Assembly (NCBI GenBank): GCA_964016885.1
Contig: OZ024740.1
Coordinates: forward strand, 272,180,001 to 272,244,000
Source of the DNA: Eledone cirrhosa
Taxonomy: Eukaryota
Length of the DNA stretch: 64,000 bases
Direction of reading: 5' to 3'
Positions 43,180-56,818 of the stretch are shown here, one piece after another; within the stretch, counting starts at the first letter, position 1, and each line of letters begins with the position of its first letter. The notes below the pieces were generated by a model, which was given only the letters and a program-made list of their open reading frames with translations, was not told where the DNA came from and made no database searches. A program made the position numbers and the translations under genes.

Positions 43180-43650
43180 GACGTAAAATAAGAAAATTAA
43201 AAAAATTAAAGATTAACCTACTTACTAAAATTTTCACTCTAACTAATTAGTCTCTGTAATGGGATAAAGATAGTTACGCAATGTAACCATCGAGAATTCA
43301 TTACGTTATCAGGGAGTCTATTCTCAGCTAAGTCTCCAGGCAATGCGCGGACACTAGGGACTCATATAAAAATAATAATTCGGTGGATGGAACAGCTAGC
43401 GGGGACTGAATTCCATAGCACTGAAAAAGTTCACTGTCTCTGGTCAAATGGCAGATTCTAAAGAATCAATCACGTGACATTGATGGTTACATTGCGTAAC
43501 TATCTTTATCCCATTACAGAAACTAATTAGTTGGAGTGAAAATTTTAGTAAGTAAGTTAATTTTTAATTTTTAAAATTTTCTTATTTTACGTCTTTCATA
43601 TAATTGTTCTGCATCCTCCTGCATTGAACCACCTAGGTACTATGACATAA
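43172..43650. mobile_element. Fold-back (arms 43172-43291 / 43483-43601) with extended-helix-II HHR-like motif 43236-43317 (-)
   Basis: ACUCC-CUGAUAA-C-GUAAUG...CAUUAC-A-GA(G/A)A-CUAAUUAG-UU-(A/G)GAGU. Confidence 0.8.
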
Positions 43651-43751
43651 CTTATGTATTTGCTAGCATTAGTGTACATCTGTACGCATATGTTGGTAAA
43701 TATACTAATTCTATATATATGTATATATAATATATGTATATATTATATATG

Positions 43752-43792
<41 letters not shown>

Positions 43793-43869
43793 TAATAATA
43801 ATAATAGTAATAATAATAAAATTGAAGACTAAAATCCAGAGAGGGCTCGATAAGGAAAATATATATATC

Positions 43870-44436
43870 AAATATATCAAGAACCGTTTTGCGTATGCTT
43901 GTGTATGTACGTATCTGTTTGCGTGTATGTATTTATTTGTTCCTATTACTTCTGTATTGTATTTATTTACTTTGTTCTTAACTCTGTAGCGGAGATTTAT
44001 TCGGTCTCCTAGTTAGAATTTTAGTCTACGACTTCTGCTATACCATTTACGTGGTTTTGTCTTTGCACGCTATTGTTCTCCACGCTCCACATATGACTTA
44101 TTATCTTCGTTTTTTCGTTCATTGTCAGAGAACGTCTCTATGCACCACTTAGAGAACATTAGTCTACGACCTCTTTTATACCATAAACGTGGTTCTGTCC
44201 TTGCACGTAATTGTTTTTCACTGCTCCTATTAATGACGTATTATTCGTTTTTTCCCGTTCTTTGCCAGGGAACGTCACCATGAACCAAAGTATCGTCTTC
44301 CTGTCTTCCTCCGGTTGCAACGTTTTTTGAAATATCCAGTTCTGCGTTTACAGATTGACTTTGTTAGTTTCAGAAGATCCCGTTAAGGGTGAAAGCAGCG
44401 ATTCTTTGCTTAAACTTTAATCTGTTATTTTAATAA
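43870..44436 (+). mobile_element. Probable PLE 3' region with a ~138-bp tandem duplication and decayed HHR 44366-44416 (related piece 46242-46350, minus)
   Basis: AGUUU-CAGAAGA-U-CCC-GUUAA-GGG-U-GAAA-GCA..UGC-UU-AAACU. Confidence 0.6.
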
Positions 44437-44497
<61 letters not shown>

Positions 44498-44829
44498 AGG
44501 TAGGGATCGCTAAAACACTTACTTCAAAGGTGCGACCAAGTTGCCCAATTTCTGCTATTGTATTCAACAGGTGTCGCTGATTAACTAAAACTACAACGTG
44601 ATCTTAGCCAAACAATAGATGCTTTTAACAACACGCCCCTTAACTGTAATAACCATTTTGTGTTTTGCTAACTTACTTCCAGGCATTTGAAGGTACGAGA
44701 CGTATTTACGTCTATGAAGTCCACTGATAATGCAGTTAGACTGTTAATATAAATACTCTCTACTTCCACATAATGTGCTGATTGCTTTTATTTCTTTCGT
44801 ACCCGCCTTTCTTTATATATATTATATGT

Positions 44830-45170
44830 AATAATTGTTTCTACTTTTTGGCACAAGGCCAGCACTTAACCAGTACATTACTGGTACTTTATTTTATCGA
44901 CCCCGTAAGGATGAAAGGCAAACTTAACCTCCGTGGGATTTGAACTCAGATCGTAAAGGGACGTAACTACGCTGGAAAGCATGTCTGACCCTCTAACAAT
45001 ACTGCCAATTCACCGCCCTTAATAATATGTTATAAAATAATTGTTTCTACCTTTGGCACATATCCCAGCACATTACTGGTTTATCGACCCCGTAAGGATG
45101 AAAGACAAAGTTAACCTCGACCGGATTTGAACTCAGACCGTAAAGGGGCGTAACTATGCTAGAAACGCCC
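44830..45170 (-). mobile_element. Two tRNA-derived SINEs
   Basis: Family core and B box. Confidence 0.85.
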
Positions 45171-45195
45171 CTTTATAATATAATACGATATAATA

Positions 45196-45288
45196 TACTA
45201 GCAGAATGGCCCGGTGTTGCTCGGGATTTGCTCTAGGGTTCTTATATATTTGATATATATTTATCCTTATCGATTATTATATTATTAT

Positions 45289-45374
<86 letters not shown>

Positions 45375-46696
45375 ATACTTGGGGAGGGTCATATTTATGT
45401 AATATTGCCAGAATTAATAACAGAACACACTCACTGTTTGGTTGGTTTTCGCTTTTCGCTTCTGTGTCTTTTATATCGGTAATCTAATTTATTCGGTCCT
45501 CAATGTTGCCATTGACTGACCAAAGGTAAAAAATAATACAGATACAATATAGACACAAACACATATATATAATTTATCAAAGTTCTTTCGTTGCACATCT
45601 GCAACATCGTCAGTGGTGCTATTGTTTCCTCCCGTTACATTGTATTTTCTACGCCATCTTTATTTAGTCTGTTTATATATTTATTTATTTGTTCATTTTA
45701 TTTTGTCTTCTTTGCGCATGCGTTTGCGTGTGTGTATAGTGTTTTGTTTGATGTGTGTTCGTGATTGGGTGACTGTGTATTGGTTAATGTATTCTATCTT
45801 TACTAGTGTGTGTTTATATGTGTTTGTTGTTATTGTGCTTGTGTATGTATTTATTTATTTATTTATCTATTTATTTATTTATTTATTCTTCTCTTAGGTC
45901 AGTGTTGTTTCTTTGGGTGTTGTTGTTATTCCATTCATTCTTTCTGTTTAGCCTTGGTCTTCTAAGTTCTATTTCACTGGCCTCTCTGATTTGCCTATCT
46001 GCTGGGACATTTCTATGTTTAGATATTATTCTAATTTCTATGTTGTCTATGTTACCGTCGTGTTGTTGTCTGGCATGTTCGTATAGTACTGACCCGTTTT
46101 TTCGTCCTTTTAGTTCCCCCAGTGTTGGTCTATCCTTTCACCTATGCTACGAGCTGTCTCGCCTATGTATGTTGTTGTCATGTTTCTGCAAGTACCCTCT
46201 GTACATACTATGCTATAGACTACGTTTCTATATATATATATATTAAAATAACAGATTAAAGATTGAGCAAAGAATCGCTGCTTTCACCCTTAATGGGATC
46301 TTCTTAAACTAAAAAATCAATCTGTGAACGCAGAAGTAAATATTACGAAAAACATTACACACTATATATATATATGCACACACTATATACACATATATAC
46401 CCACACACAGACACATATAGCGACGTCATAATGTCGTAATGCAGACAGCCAGACATACAGACAGATACTATAAGGGCGCAACGTTATATCTATGTATCTA
46501 TCTAAAAAGAAAGACTAAGAATTATAGAGAGAGATCGCTAAATCGCCTGATGCGGTCCCTAAGGCATTGAAAATTTGAAATTTTTGCTCAAAACACTCAC
46601 GGGACCATAAGTATTACATGTGTAAAGTTTGAAAACAATCGGTTGGGTGGTTCTCGAGTTTTAGGGAGCTGACAGACAGACATACAGACATTGTCA

Positions 46697-46700
<4 letters not shown>
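45196..46700 (+). mobile_element. Possible Helentron/DINE-like non-autonomous element with nested PLE derivatives
   Basis: 5' TACTAGCAGAATGGCCCGGTGTTGCTCGGG hairpin; 3' end (GACA)n then (TA)n. Recognised from general structure only. Confidence 0.4.
45367..46230 (-). mobile_element. Family A copy (single arm, longer 5' region)
   Basis: Colinear with 899-1580 and continues beyond it. Confidence 0.85.
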
Positions 46701-46767
<67 letters not shown>

Positions 46768-46780
46768 TGTGTTTTTGTGC

Positions 46781-46818
<38 letters not shown>

Positions 46819-47343
46819 CATGAGAAGAAAGAAGAATACTGCGTGGTTGCACATGGGTTACATATTATAAAATTAGTCCCTCGTCAGTGATTTGCCAACC
46901 ATCATTGGTATTTCATCGCATTAAAAATCATATACCTCAGGTTGGTGCGAGCAATAACTAAAAAAAGCTATTGGGACAAGTGAGTCGCGTAAAGCGAGTG
47001 AGACAAGTAAACAACATAGAAGGATAAAAGCAAACCGAAGATAGGAAAAAAAAAACAAGCCACATGGTTATCCGGTCAGCACAATCTGGGTGGATTTCAT
47101 GAGCGTTTAGAATACAGACCGTCCGACGTGAGTGAGATGTGAGCAAGAAAGAACCCACTACTAGCCAAACGAGAGGAAGTGAGAATGGGAGAAACAGAGA
47201 GTGAGTGAGTGGAAGTGCGAGGAAAAGGTCAGTCGAGATAAAGTGTAACTGACAGAGGGGGCAAAAGAAGGTGAGAGAAACAGAGAGAACGGGGGAGCAG
47301 TAAGAGAGTAAGAGAGAAAGAGACGAATACATACATATATATA

Positions 47344-47435
<92 letters not shown>

Positions 47436-47452
47436 TATACATATATATATAC

Positions 47453-47533
<81 letters not shown>

Positions 47534-47734
47534 TATGTATACGTACATACATATATGTATACAGACGTACAGTAGTATGTATATATATATACATACATGC
47601 ACACATATATATATGTACGTATGGATTCACCAAACATTTATTATAATGCTCGGTGTGTTTGTAAACAAACATCACGCACTAAGCCGTAGTGTCTCGCAAC
47701 CATCGTTGCCCGTTTGTTCAACACTGACAAAGGA

Positions 47735-47777
47735 ACGCTGTACTAGTTTCAAGCTTATTAGCTATCGTCAGCAACGT
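47735..47777 (-). ncRNA. Minimal type-I HHR (family F6, element ~47530-47845, itself fold-back)
   Basis: ACGUUG-CUGACGA-U-AGCU-AAUA-AGCU-U-GAAA-CUAG-UA-CAGCGU. Confidence 0.8.
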
Positions 47778-47834
47778 ATATATATACATACAACTGTACG
47801 TCTGTATACATATATGTATGTACGTGTACATACT

Positions 47835-47879
<45 letters not shown>

Positions 47880-47924
47880 GCACAAAAACACACTTATATA
47901 TATATATATATATAGATAGATATA

Positions 47925-48082
47925 TAGGAAAAGAATCAGGACCCCGATGGCTGAGCTCCGGCCGTTTCGACTGCTAAATCCGAACTAAGCCATTAGAACT
48001 TTTCCTATTACCCACTCTACTACCCTAAGTATCGAGTACTCTGGTGCCTTAATGTCCAACTGGTATTTTACCACACCCTCTT

Positions 48083-48089
<7 letters not shown>
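47925..48089 (+). mobile_element. Family F1 relative with collapsed right arm (related fragment 3680-3757)
   Basis: Same left arm and tail. Confidence 0.7.
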
Positions 48090-48132
<43 letters not shown>

Positions 48133-48393
48133 TTAGTTATACTATTTATGGTTATGTAAATACAAAACCTTATGCAGTTATAAGTATTTTACATACACCC
48201 TAAATAGTGGTAGGCAGTAATGTATTACTACCTTATTACCAGTAAGTTAAGTAGCTCAATGTAAAAACATCAGATGATTTACAGAGCAGTTATAACTGTC
48301 CATGCATTAATAAATTGCTCCGAAGAACCCAAACCTCGGTTTGGAGGAAACAGCTGTAAGCACAATAATGTTTTGAACAGTTCTTTGATTCTT

Positions 48394-48468
<75 letters not shown>

Positions 48469-48599
48469 ATGTGTGTGTGCGTGTGTGTGTGTGTGAGAGT
48501 GTGTGTATGTGTGTCTTTCTGTGCTTGTCTGTATATGTATGTGTGTATGTGTAGAAAGAATGATAGACTATATAAGTGTTATCGAAAAAAAAAAAAATG

Positions 48600-48812
48600 T
48601 TCCGAGAACTTTGTTTAACTGGAGTTTAACTTTAAACACTGTTGCTTCTTGAACGTTCGTCTATTGTGTGAAGATGGCGGCGCTTCTGTTTTGTCTGAAA
48701 CAATAATTTCATTTTGTTTAAGAGGATTAGTCGACGCCAGTTTTCTCTCTGGAGCAAAGAGAATATATTTCTTCTTATAGGCTTTCGTATATCGTCCTTT
48801 CAAGCGTAAGAC
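48600..48812 (+). promoter_or_regulatory. Possible promoter-proximal/first exon of a host gene
   Basis: Unique sequence, YY1-type AAGATGGCGGCG at 48671-48682, donor-like GC/GTAAGA at ~48806. Confidence 0.3.
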
Positions 48813-50282
48813 TTAATCCTTTTTACTACGAAAATTTATGGTTTTAGGTCAGCGGTCAAATAATTTATATTCGTAAATTGTTTTGTTAATTGATTGAAAA
48901 GAAAAGAAGAAAAAAAAAGACAAGTAAAAATAAAAGGCGCTGTTTTGTGCAATAATGTATGAGAGGAAAAGCAAGCAATGGCTGACGTCTTGAAACAATC
49001 AATATGTTAAGTTATGTATCGATTTTGCAACGTTATATAAGTAACTAGTAAACACGTGCCATCAGAAAAGATGACTATTTTTAGTTCAGCTTCTTATAAG
49101 ATTCAATTTCAATTCCAATTTCAGATTCTTTCAATTAATTATCCCGATAGCGATAAGATTTTATCTTTTAAGTGATGTCTTTTTTTTTTTTACTTCGGGC
49201 TGGGTTGGGTTAATTTGCGACTTTTTTTCTTTGTTGTAGAGATAAATAAACTTGGATCATACCGGGGTTAACGCTTTGCTTTGACCCCCGCTGGGGATCA
49301 ATGAAATAAATATAAGTCAAACGCTGTTATGGATGTAATCAAATGTGTCAACCCCTGAAATATGTTGATCTCTGCCTACTTTAGATATCCTTATTTTGAT
49401 AGAAACAATCATATTATGGGGAAATGATCGAATAAATAATTTTTTGTTTCATTTTAAACATATCACACGGACTTAATTTAGCGAGTAACACAGAGCAAAA
49501 GGGAAGCGCCAGATACATATAACCAAATACGGTTTGAATTAAACGAGGCTAGCCTTTCTACTCAGGATGTAGTACACACAAAATTTCTCATATACATTTA
49601 AAAGGTGTGATTCAGGTATTTAAAACCGTTATAACTGCCACAGCCTTTTGGCTTAATAGTTTAAAGCGCCTAGTCGGTATCTGGAAGATATGAGGGTTCG
49701 CTTCCTTGTAGCCTCCCATGGCAACTTCTTTAAGTGTCTTTACTCTATTTTACAAGATGTTTTATAGCATCTTAGAAAGGATATTCTTTATATATATAAT
49801 TAGCAGTAGCCCGAAGGCAGCGATAAGAATAATAGTGGGGTAGATGAAAGCATATACTATATATTTTTATTTGATAGTGAGGCTCCTATATGTTTACTGT
49901 ATATAAACATATAGTCTATGTTTTCATATATATTCACTCACACACACATATATATAAATATATATATTTTCTATAATACGTATAAGAAATTATATTTACA
50001 ACGAGAGATACAAAGAGAAAGGTTGTATAGTCATTGTTAGAATATTAGAAAAAACACAAATCAATGAAGCACTCAATATATTTTAAGATGCATAGTTGAT
50101 ATATTTATTAGGAGGTAGTCTGCCGTTTCGACTACAACACTTGAAATTTCCTTTAGTCTCGTCGAGGTCAAAGCATCAGTAGAGACATTTTCTATAAACG
50201 AAAACAAATAGAAAACTGGTCTCGGACAAAAGGTCAAGTCAAATTATAAACAAACAAAAAGGCGTTAACATATCACATAGAT

Positions 50283-51029
50283 CAGAGGTTCTTAAACGTT
50301 TTGGGGCCACCACCCTCCTCACAGTCACGTAGTACCCTTAGCACCCCCTATTTCCTGAGAGGCCTGCATACACGCAATCTGTAAATAATATATAATATAG
50401 TTAATTTATATATAATGGTTTCTAATATAGGCACAAGGCCAGCAATTTTGGGGCCGGGGAAAGTCGATTAAATCGACCCCAGTGCGTGACTGGTACATTA
50501 TCTTATCGACCCCGTAAGGATGAAAGGCAAAGTTAACCTCGGCGGGATTTGAACTCAGATCGTAAAGGGCCGTAACTCTATGCTGAAAAGCATGGCGTCC
50601 GACCCTCTACCGATACTGCCAATCCACCGCCCTGTTAGTTTATATAATAAATAATTGTTTCTACTTTAGGCACAAGGCCAGCAATCACCCAGTGCATTAC
50701 TGGTACTTTATTTTATCGACCCCGTAAGGATGAAAGGCAAAGTTAACCTCGGCGGGATTTGAACTCAGATCATAAAGGGCGGTAACTCTATGCTGAAAAG
50801 CATGGCGTCCGACCCTCTACCGATACTGCCAATCCACCTAAATAATATGATATATACTGTGTTTAAATAAATATTATATATTTTTTATTTTATTATATTT
50901 ATATATAATATGTATCATTTGATATTTAATATACTATTATATCACCTCTACCGCCCGCTTAGGACGTTGCGCCCCCTGGACCTTCTCAACACCCCCGGGA
51001 GGCAGTAGCACCGACTTTGAGAACCTCTG
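50283..51029. mobile_element. hAT non-autonomous element with two nested SINEs (50415-50631, 50650-50838)
   Basis: TIRs CAGAGGTTCTTAAA / TTTGAGAACCTCTG; TSD acatagat / gcatagat. Confidence 0.85.
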
Positions 51030-51599
51030 GCATAGATGAATGTGATGACAGAATGTATATCGAGGAGTGAAAAAGTATATAGAAGAGGTTGATAGTGTTT
51101 TAAAAACAAAGAAGGAAGGTCAGTACTCATGACTCTTTTCAGGGCTTCTTGGAATGATGGCAAAGAAAGAGGTTGGTATCCTTAAACCGGAGAACTAACA
51201 CGAATGTCTGAAGGAATTGGTAGAACTAAGTACATCAATATACACTCTTGACAGGTACAATGTGTCCGAATACGGAAGAACCGAACCCCCACTGTAATCG
51301 CCCACGTCTCTCTCGCCTTCCCCATCTCTCTGTATAGTGAGAAAATGGAGTCCCACGTGCTGGTGCCCCACAGCCCCTGCGTACAGAATGGAGAAGGCGC
51401 TTCCCCGGAGGATGGTAAGGGAGATGCCCTGGAAGAGCCCGGAAAATCTAACTGATGCGACAGATTCAGTCAACTACTCAAATAGGCCTACTATGGGATT
51501 TGAACTCGGAACACAAATAGTTTGAATATTACCGGTCTGACAATTTCATTAATTCTCCGCTCTGGAGAGGTAATTTATTTTAAAGTACCTCCCTCACTC

Positions 51600-51978
51600 C
51601 GTAAAGTGGTCGTTTTGGTGCCAAGACAAAAAGTGCTAAGTCTACACTATAAAGTGGTCGTGTAGGTGTCACAATAAAAACACACAGTCCATTCTGTAAA
51701 TGTGTTTGACGTTAGGAAGGGCATCCAGCTGTAGAAACTAAGCCAGTCTACACTGTAAAGTGGTCGTGTAGGTGTCACGATAAAAAGCACCTAGTCCACT
51801 CTGAAAATATGGTTGGCGTTAGGAAGGACACCCGCCGTAGAAACCAAGCCAGAAACAGTTCTGTATGCGTAAGACACGATCATCTGATCTGGCTTGTCTC
51901 ACAACGGAACAACAAGTCTAGCCCATGCTAGCGTGGAAAAATGGACGTTAAACGATGATGATGAGGATGATGATGATG
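51600..51978 (+). mobile_element. Second SINE-like family 3' part with internal duplications and (GAT)n tail
   Basis: Repeated gtaaagtggtcg and cgttaggaagg blocks; ends tggacgttaaacgatgatg. Confidence 0.6.
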
Positions 51979-52153
51979 AAGAAGAACAAACAGTTGAGAG
52001 GTAAATTTAATGGAAGCGGGATCTGCAAGCCATTTTGTTCTACGTTTTAAGGCCTCTGCCAATTCTCCGCCTTAATTCACAATCTAAACACAATCTCAGA
52101 ATCTCACTGAGGGAAATTATACATAAATAAAAGAAACTCAAGAGATTATTAAA

Positions 52154-52310
52154 GGCGGCGAATTGGCAGAGTTGTTAGAACGTCGGATAGAATGCTTTAT
52201 GGTATTCGTTTCGGCTCTCAAATCTCAAGAGTTCAAATTCTACCGAGTTCAAATTTGCCTTTTAATCTTTCGAGCTTGATAAAAAAAAGTACCAGTTTAG
52301 TATTGGAGTC
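52154..52310 (+). mobile_element. Diverged tRNA-derived SINE
   Basis: TGGCAGAGTTG A-box-like and GAGTTCAAATTC B box. Confidence 0.7.
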
Positions 52311-53080
52311 AATTGCTCCTCTATATCTATCTCTCACTTTCTATCCTTCTCTGGAAGAGATCTGATGGAGAGGGATAGGCTCGGCCAGGCTTAAAATTCC
52401 CAAGAAATGCCGTATATCAATACGGCGCCCCTACGACCCTTTCAAAAGTTACAGGATAAAAGAAGACAGATTATTAACGGTAGACAATATATGTGTTCCT
52501 ACTGAATACAATAATACTAATCCATCTCTTCATTATCGAACAGTTTCTTAATCATTGAACTGACGCATTATCGAACAGTTTTATTTAATGGTCTGCTCGT
52601 TATTGATATCGGTTAGAAAAATAGCCTTCTTTGTATTGCACTCGTTCTACCATTCATTGTATCCTGGGTATAATGTATAATCTCTTACAACACACACCGT
52701 GTTGTGTATCCCAAGTGTAGCCCCTTATTCCTCCCGTAGAAATGACGAGTTTTGATCACTATAGCCAACGTTTTGACATCATCACCTCTTTGTATTAACC
52801 CCGTAGCTAGGCTCTCACCTCCTGAAGTACACATAAGAAAATCGTCTATAAAGTTGTTGAAAGATTTTAATTTAAATAGGAACCCTTTAAAATATGTGGG
52901 TTTTTTCCTTAGAAACCGATGTGGTTTTGGGCTGGCTGGTATCAAAATGGTTAAGGAATTTAATCAGCTGTGATCGGATTCATTTGAATCAGGACAGAAT
53001 TACTCACCTAATAAACACTATACAGTTGTACCGAATATGTATTTATTTATCTGTAAATCTTGTAATTACGAATTACACAG

Positions 53081-53145
<65 letters not shown>

Positions 53146-53149
<4 letters not shown>

Positions 53150-53339
53150 AACGAGTAGGACCCCGACGGCTGAGCTCAAGCCGTTTCGACGGCTAATTCT
53201 GGTCCAGAATTAGCCATCGAAACGGCTTGAGCTCAGCCGTCGGGGTCCTACTCGTTCCTATATTACCCACTCTACTACCCTAAGTATTGAGTACTTTGGT
53301 GCGTTATGGTCCATCTGGTTCCTTACCACATTTCCTTCG

Positions 53340-53342
<3 letters not shown>
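53146..53342 (+). mobile_element. Family F1 fold-back, 1-nt spacer
   Basis: ~56-bp arms plus tail, in (TA)n. Confidence 0.88.
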
Positions 53343-54137
<795 letters not shown>

Positions 54138-54296
54138 CCAAAAGTTAAACAAGGTTCATAGATTAATCAATGAATATAGTTTTACAATAGATTCGAAGCA
54201 CTCAACAAGCAAAATTTTTCTGGAGTTATTAATATTAATTCAAAATATTAATAAATATAGACATTCATGTAATCAAAATATATTTTATTATATATA

Positions 54297-54477
54297 TTGG
54301 CAGTATCGGTAGTGGGTCGGACGCCATGCTTTGAAGCATAGAGTTACCTACCTGTATGATCTGAGTTCAAATCCCGCCGAGGTTAACTTTGCCTTTCATC
54401 CTTCCGGAGTCGATAAAATAAAGTACCAGTAATGCACTGGGTAATTGCTGGCCTTGTGCCAAAAGTAGAAACAATTA
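54297..54477 (+). mobile_element. tRNA-derived SINE inserted into the (AU)n helix III of an F5 HHR
   Basis: F5 sequence 54136-54296 resumes at ~54477. Confidence 0.85.
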
Positions 54478-54642
54478 TATATATTTCGGAGGTACTGTGC
54501 TGTTTCGGAGGTACAGATATATACATATTATATATATGCGTTCAAATCACAAAGGACAAAAACCGCCAGGCTGAAGCAAATACGGACTAAAGATAATACA
54601 GTTCACAAGATAATACAGTTCACACTGATTATGATAACTATC

Positions 54643-54696
54643 AACATCCAGACAGCTTTGGGTAGAACTGTTTCGCAATGATCTTCAGTGGATGTT
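54643..54696 (-). ncRNA. HHR with strong helices I and III and vestigial helix II
   Basis: AACAUCCA-CUGAAGA-UCAUUGC-GAAA-CAGUU-CUACCCAA-AGCUG-UC-UGGAUGUU. Confidence 0.75.
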
Positions 54697-54738
54697 CAAG
54701 CTAGTAATCTCTCCACTACTATTTTTCTTAGAAGACTA

Positions 54739-54990
54739 AATAATTGTTTCTACTTTAGGCACAAGGCCAGCAATTACCCAGTGCATTACTGGTACTTTAT
54801 TTTATCGACCCCGTAAGGATGAAAGGCAAACTCAACCTCGGCGGGATTTGAACTCAGATCGTAAAGGGACATAACTATGCTGGAAAGCATGGCGTCCGAC
54901 CCTCTACTGATACTGCCAATCCAAGACTAAATAATTGTTTCTACTTTTGGCACAAGGCCAGCAATTATCCCAGTGTATTACTGGTACTTT
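54739..54990 (-). mobile_element. tRNA-derived SINE plus a SINE 3' fragment
   Basis: Direct repeat aagactaaataatt at 54732 and 54923. Confidence 0.88.
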
Positions 54991-55086
54991 GCGTGTTTGT
55001 TAAGAGAGAAAACACGAACATAGTATCGCGTGCCTAGCGGATCGAATAGAACGTAAGCTACTAAAATATATTTTTTAGTAGCTTAC

Positions 55087-55194
<108 letters not shown>

Positions 55195-55203
55195 GTGCGT
55201 GTG

Positions 55204-55260
<57 letters not shown>

Positions 55261-55564
55261 GTGTATATATATATATGTGTGTGTGTGTGTATGTATACTT
55301 ACATTTATGTATCAGCTGTGCTAGGGCGAGAAATAAAATTCTAAAATTCTACTTATATATATATATATAATATTCTTTTTTATGTGAATGTGGCAAAGCC
55401 GGCCATTTATCGCTCGTATACAGGAAACTGAATGGCCAGTCTGCTGATATGCAGATCTGACTGATCAGCCAGTCTGCTAATATGCAAATCAGGCCGAGCA
55501 GTCACTGTGTATTTTAGAAAATAGCAGATATTTTCACTAGCTCTGATAGTTGGTAGGTGAACAG

Positions 55565-55616
55565 AGAGCTGTACTGATGAAGGGTGATACCCAGAAACAT
55601 TAGTGTCTGCAGTTCT
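55565..55616 (+). ncRNA. Type-I HHR (family F8, element ~55390-55955)
   Basis: AGAGCUGUA-CUGAUGA-A-GGGU-GAU-ACCC-A-GAAA-CAUUAGUG-UC-UGCAGUUCU. Confidence 0.82.
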
Positions 55617-55731
55617 GTTCACATGCCAACACAAGAGCAAGAATGAAGAGTTCATTCTACTGACATGGCTATAAAAATGAGGCTTGTTTGCATAATTACA
55701 AACGAATCGAATGTTATTATTAATATTCGAA

Positions 55732-55920
55732 GGGCAGAGGATTGGCAGTACCAGTAGAGGGTCGGACGCCATGCTTTGACGCATAGAGTTACGGTCCTTG
55801 CCATTCTGAGTTCAAATCCCGCCGAGGTTAACTTTGCCTTTCATCCTTTCGGGGTCGATAAAATAAAGTACCAGTAATACACTGGGTTAATTGCTGGCCT
55901 TGTGCCAAAAGTAGAAACAG
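55732..55920 (+). mobile_element. tRNA-derived SINE with TSD ttattattaatattcgaa
   Basis: Empty paralogous site at ~37007-37024. Confidence 0.9.
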
Positions 55921-55951
55921 TTATTATTAATATTCGAAAAACTCAGATTAC

Positions 55952-55991
<40 letters not shown>

Positions 55992-55996
<5 letters not shown>

Positions 55997-56433
55997 TGTA
56001 TGTATAGTATATTTGGTAATATACTGTATGTTTAATTAAACACATTTTAAAGAACTTGCGCTATTATTTTAAAGTTGTGACAATGTCACTTATTTTTTCA
56101 GCAAAGGAAGGGAGAGAAGCTGACAGGTCTGTTTCACACTGTTGGTGTTCCTCAGAGCAACGTACTCGCCGACCTCTGCCGAAAATTATAGAAGCTGGAT
56201 TCTTATAGAATTCCAGTAATAATCTGGAACTGATTATACAGAGCAATTACCGGTCCAAAATGTTTTTAATTAAACATACAGTATATTACCAAATATACTA
56301 TACATACATTCATGTATACATCGCTATTTCAGAGCACCAATCCTAATTTTTAATTTTTGCTGGACCGGCAATCGATCTGTATAATCAGTTTCTGATTATT
56401 TCTGGAATTCTATAAGAATCCAGCTTCTATAAT
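55992..56433. mobile_element. Double fold-back with HHR at 56119-56158 (-)
   Basis: Inverted repeats 55992-56048 / 56257-56313 and 56185-56257 / 56361-56433; GCU-CUGAGGA-ACAC-CAACA-GUGU-GAAA-CAG-AC-CUG-UC-AGC. Confidence 0.75.
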
Positions 56434-56603
56434 GTCAATAAAACACACGCACCAGTTAAATTTCATTACAGTTTATTATTAGTTAAGTAACTAATCGATA
56501 CACCCGTTGGTTTAGTAACCCGGTGATTGTTTACGATGGAATAAATAGAACAACACCAGAACAACAAGGAGAAACAGAGGAGCAAGAATTGTCATTGAGA
56601 AGG

Positions 56604-56635
<32 letters not shown>

Positions 56636-56818
56636 GTTTGTGTGTGTGATGTGTGTGTGCGTGTGTGTTAGATAATTCCGAAGAAAAAGCAAAATATAAA
56701 TATGCAAGTGCATGTATGTATGTATGTATGTATGTATGTATGTATGTATGTATGTATGTATGTATGTATGTATGTATGTATGTATGTATGTTTGTATGTT
56801 TGTATGTATGTATGTTAT

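Noticed and set aside
46880-46945. F4 HHR-like CCAAC-CUGAGGU...GAAA...AUG-GUUGG
   Set aside because: A9 changed, G at the cleavage position and no helix II.
50115-50170. GACUA/UAGUC-GAAACGGC HHR-like remnant on the minus strand
   Set aside because: 5' box reads UCGACGA and helices I and III do not close.
51040-51500. GC-richer stretch with short ORFs
   Set aside because: No recognisable motif or splice structure.
52685-52945. FIDDFL resembling an RT catalytic motif
   Set aside because: Single short motif with no flanking RT motifs.
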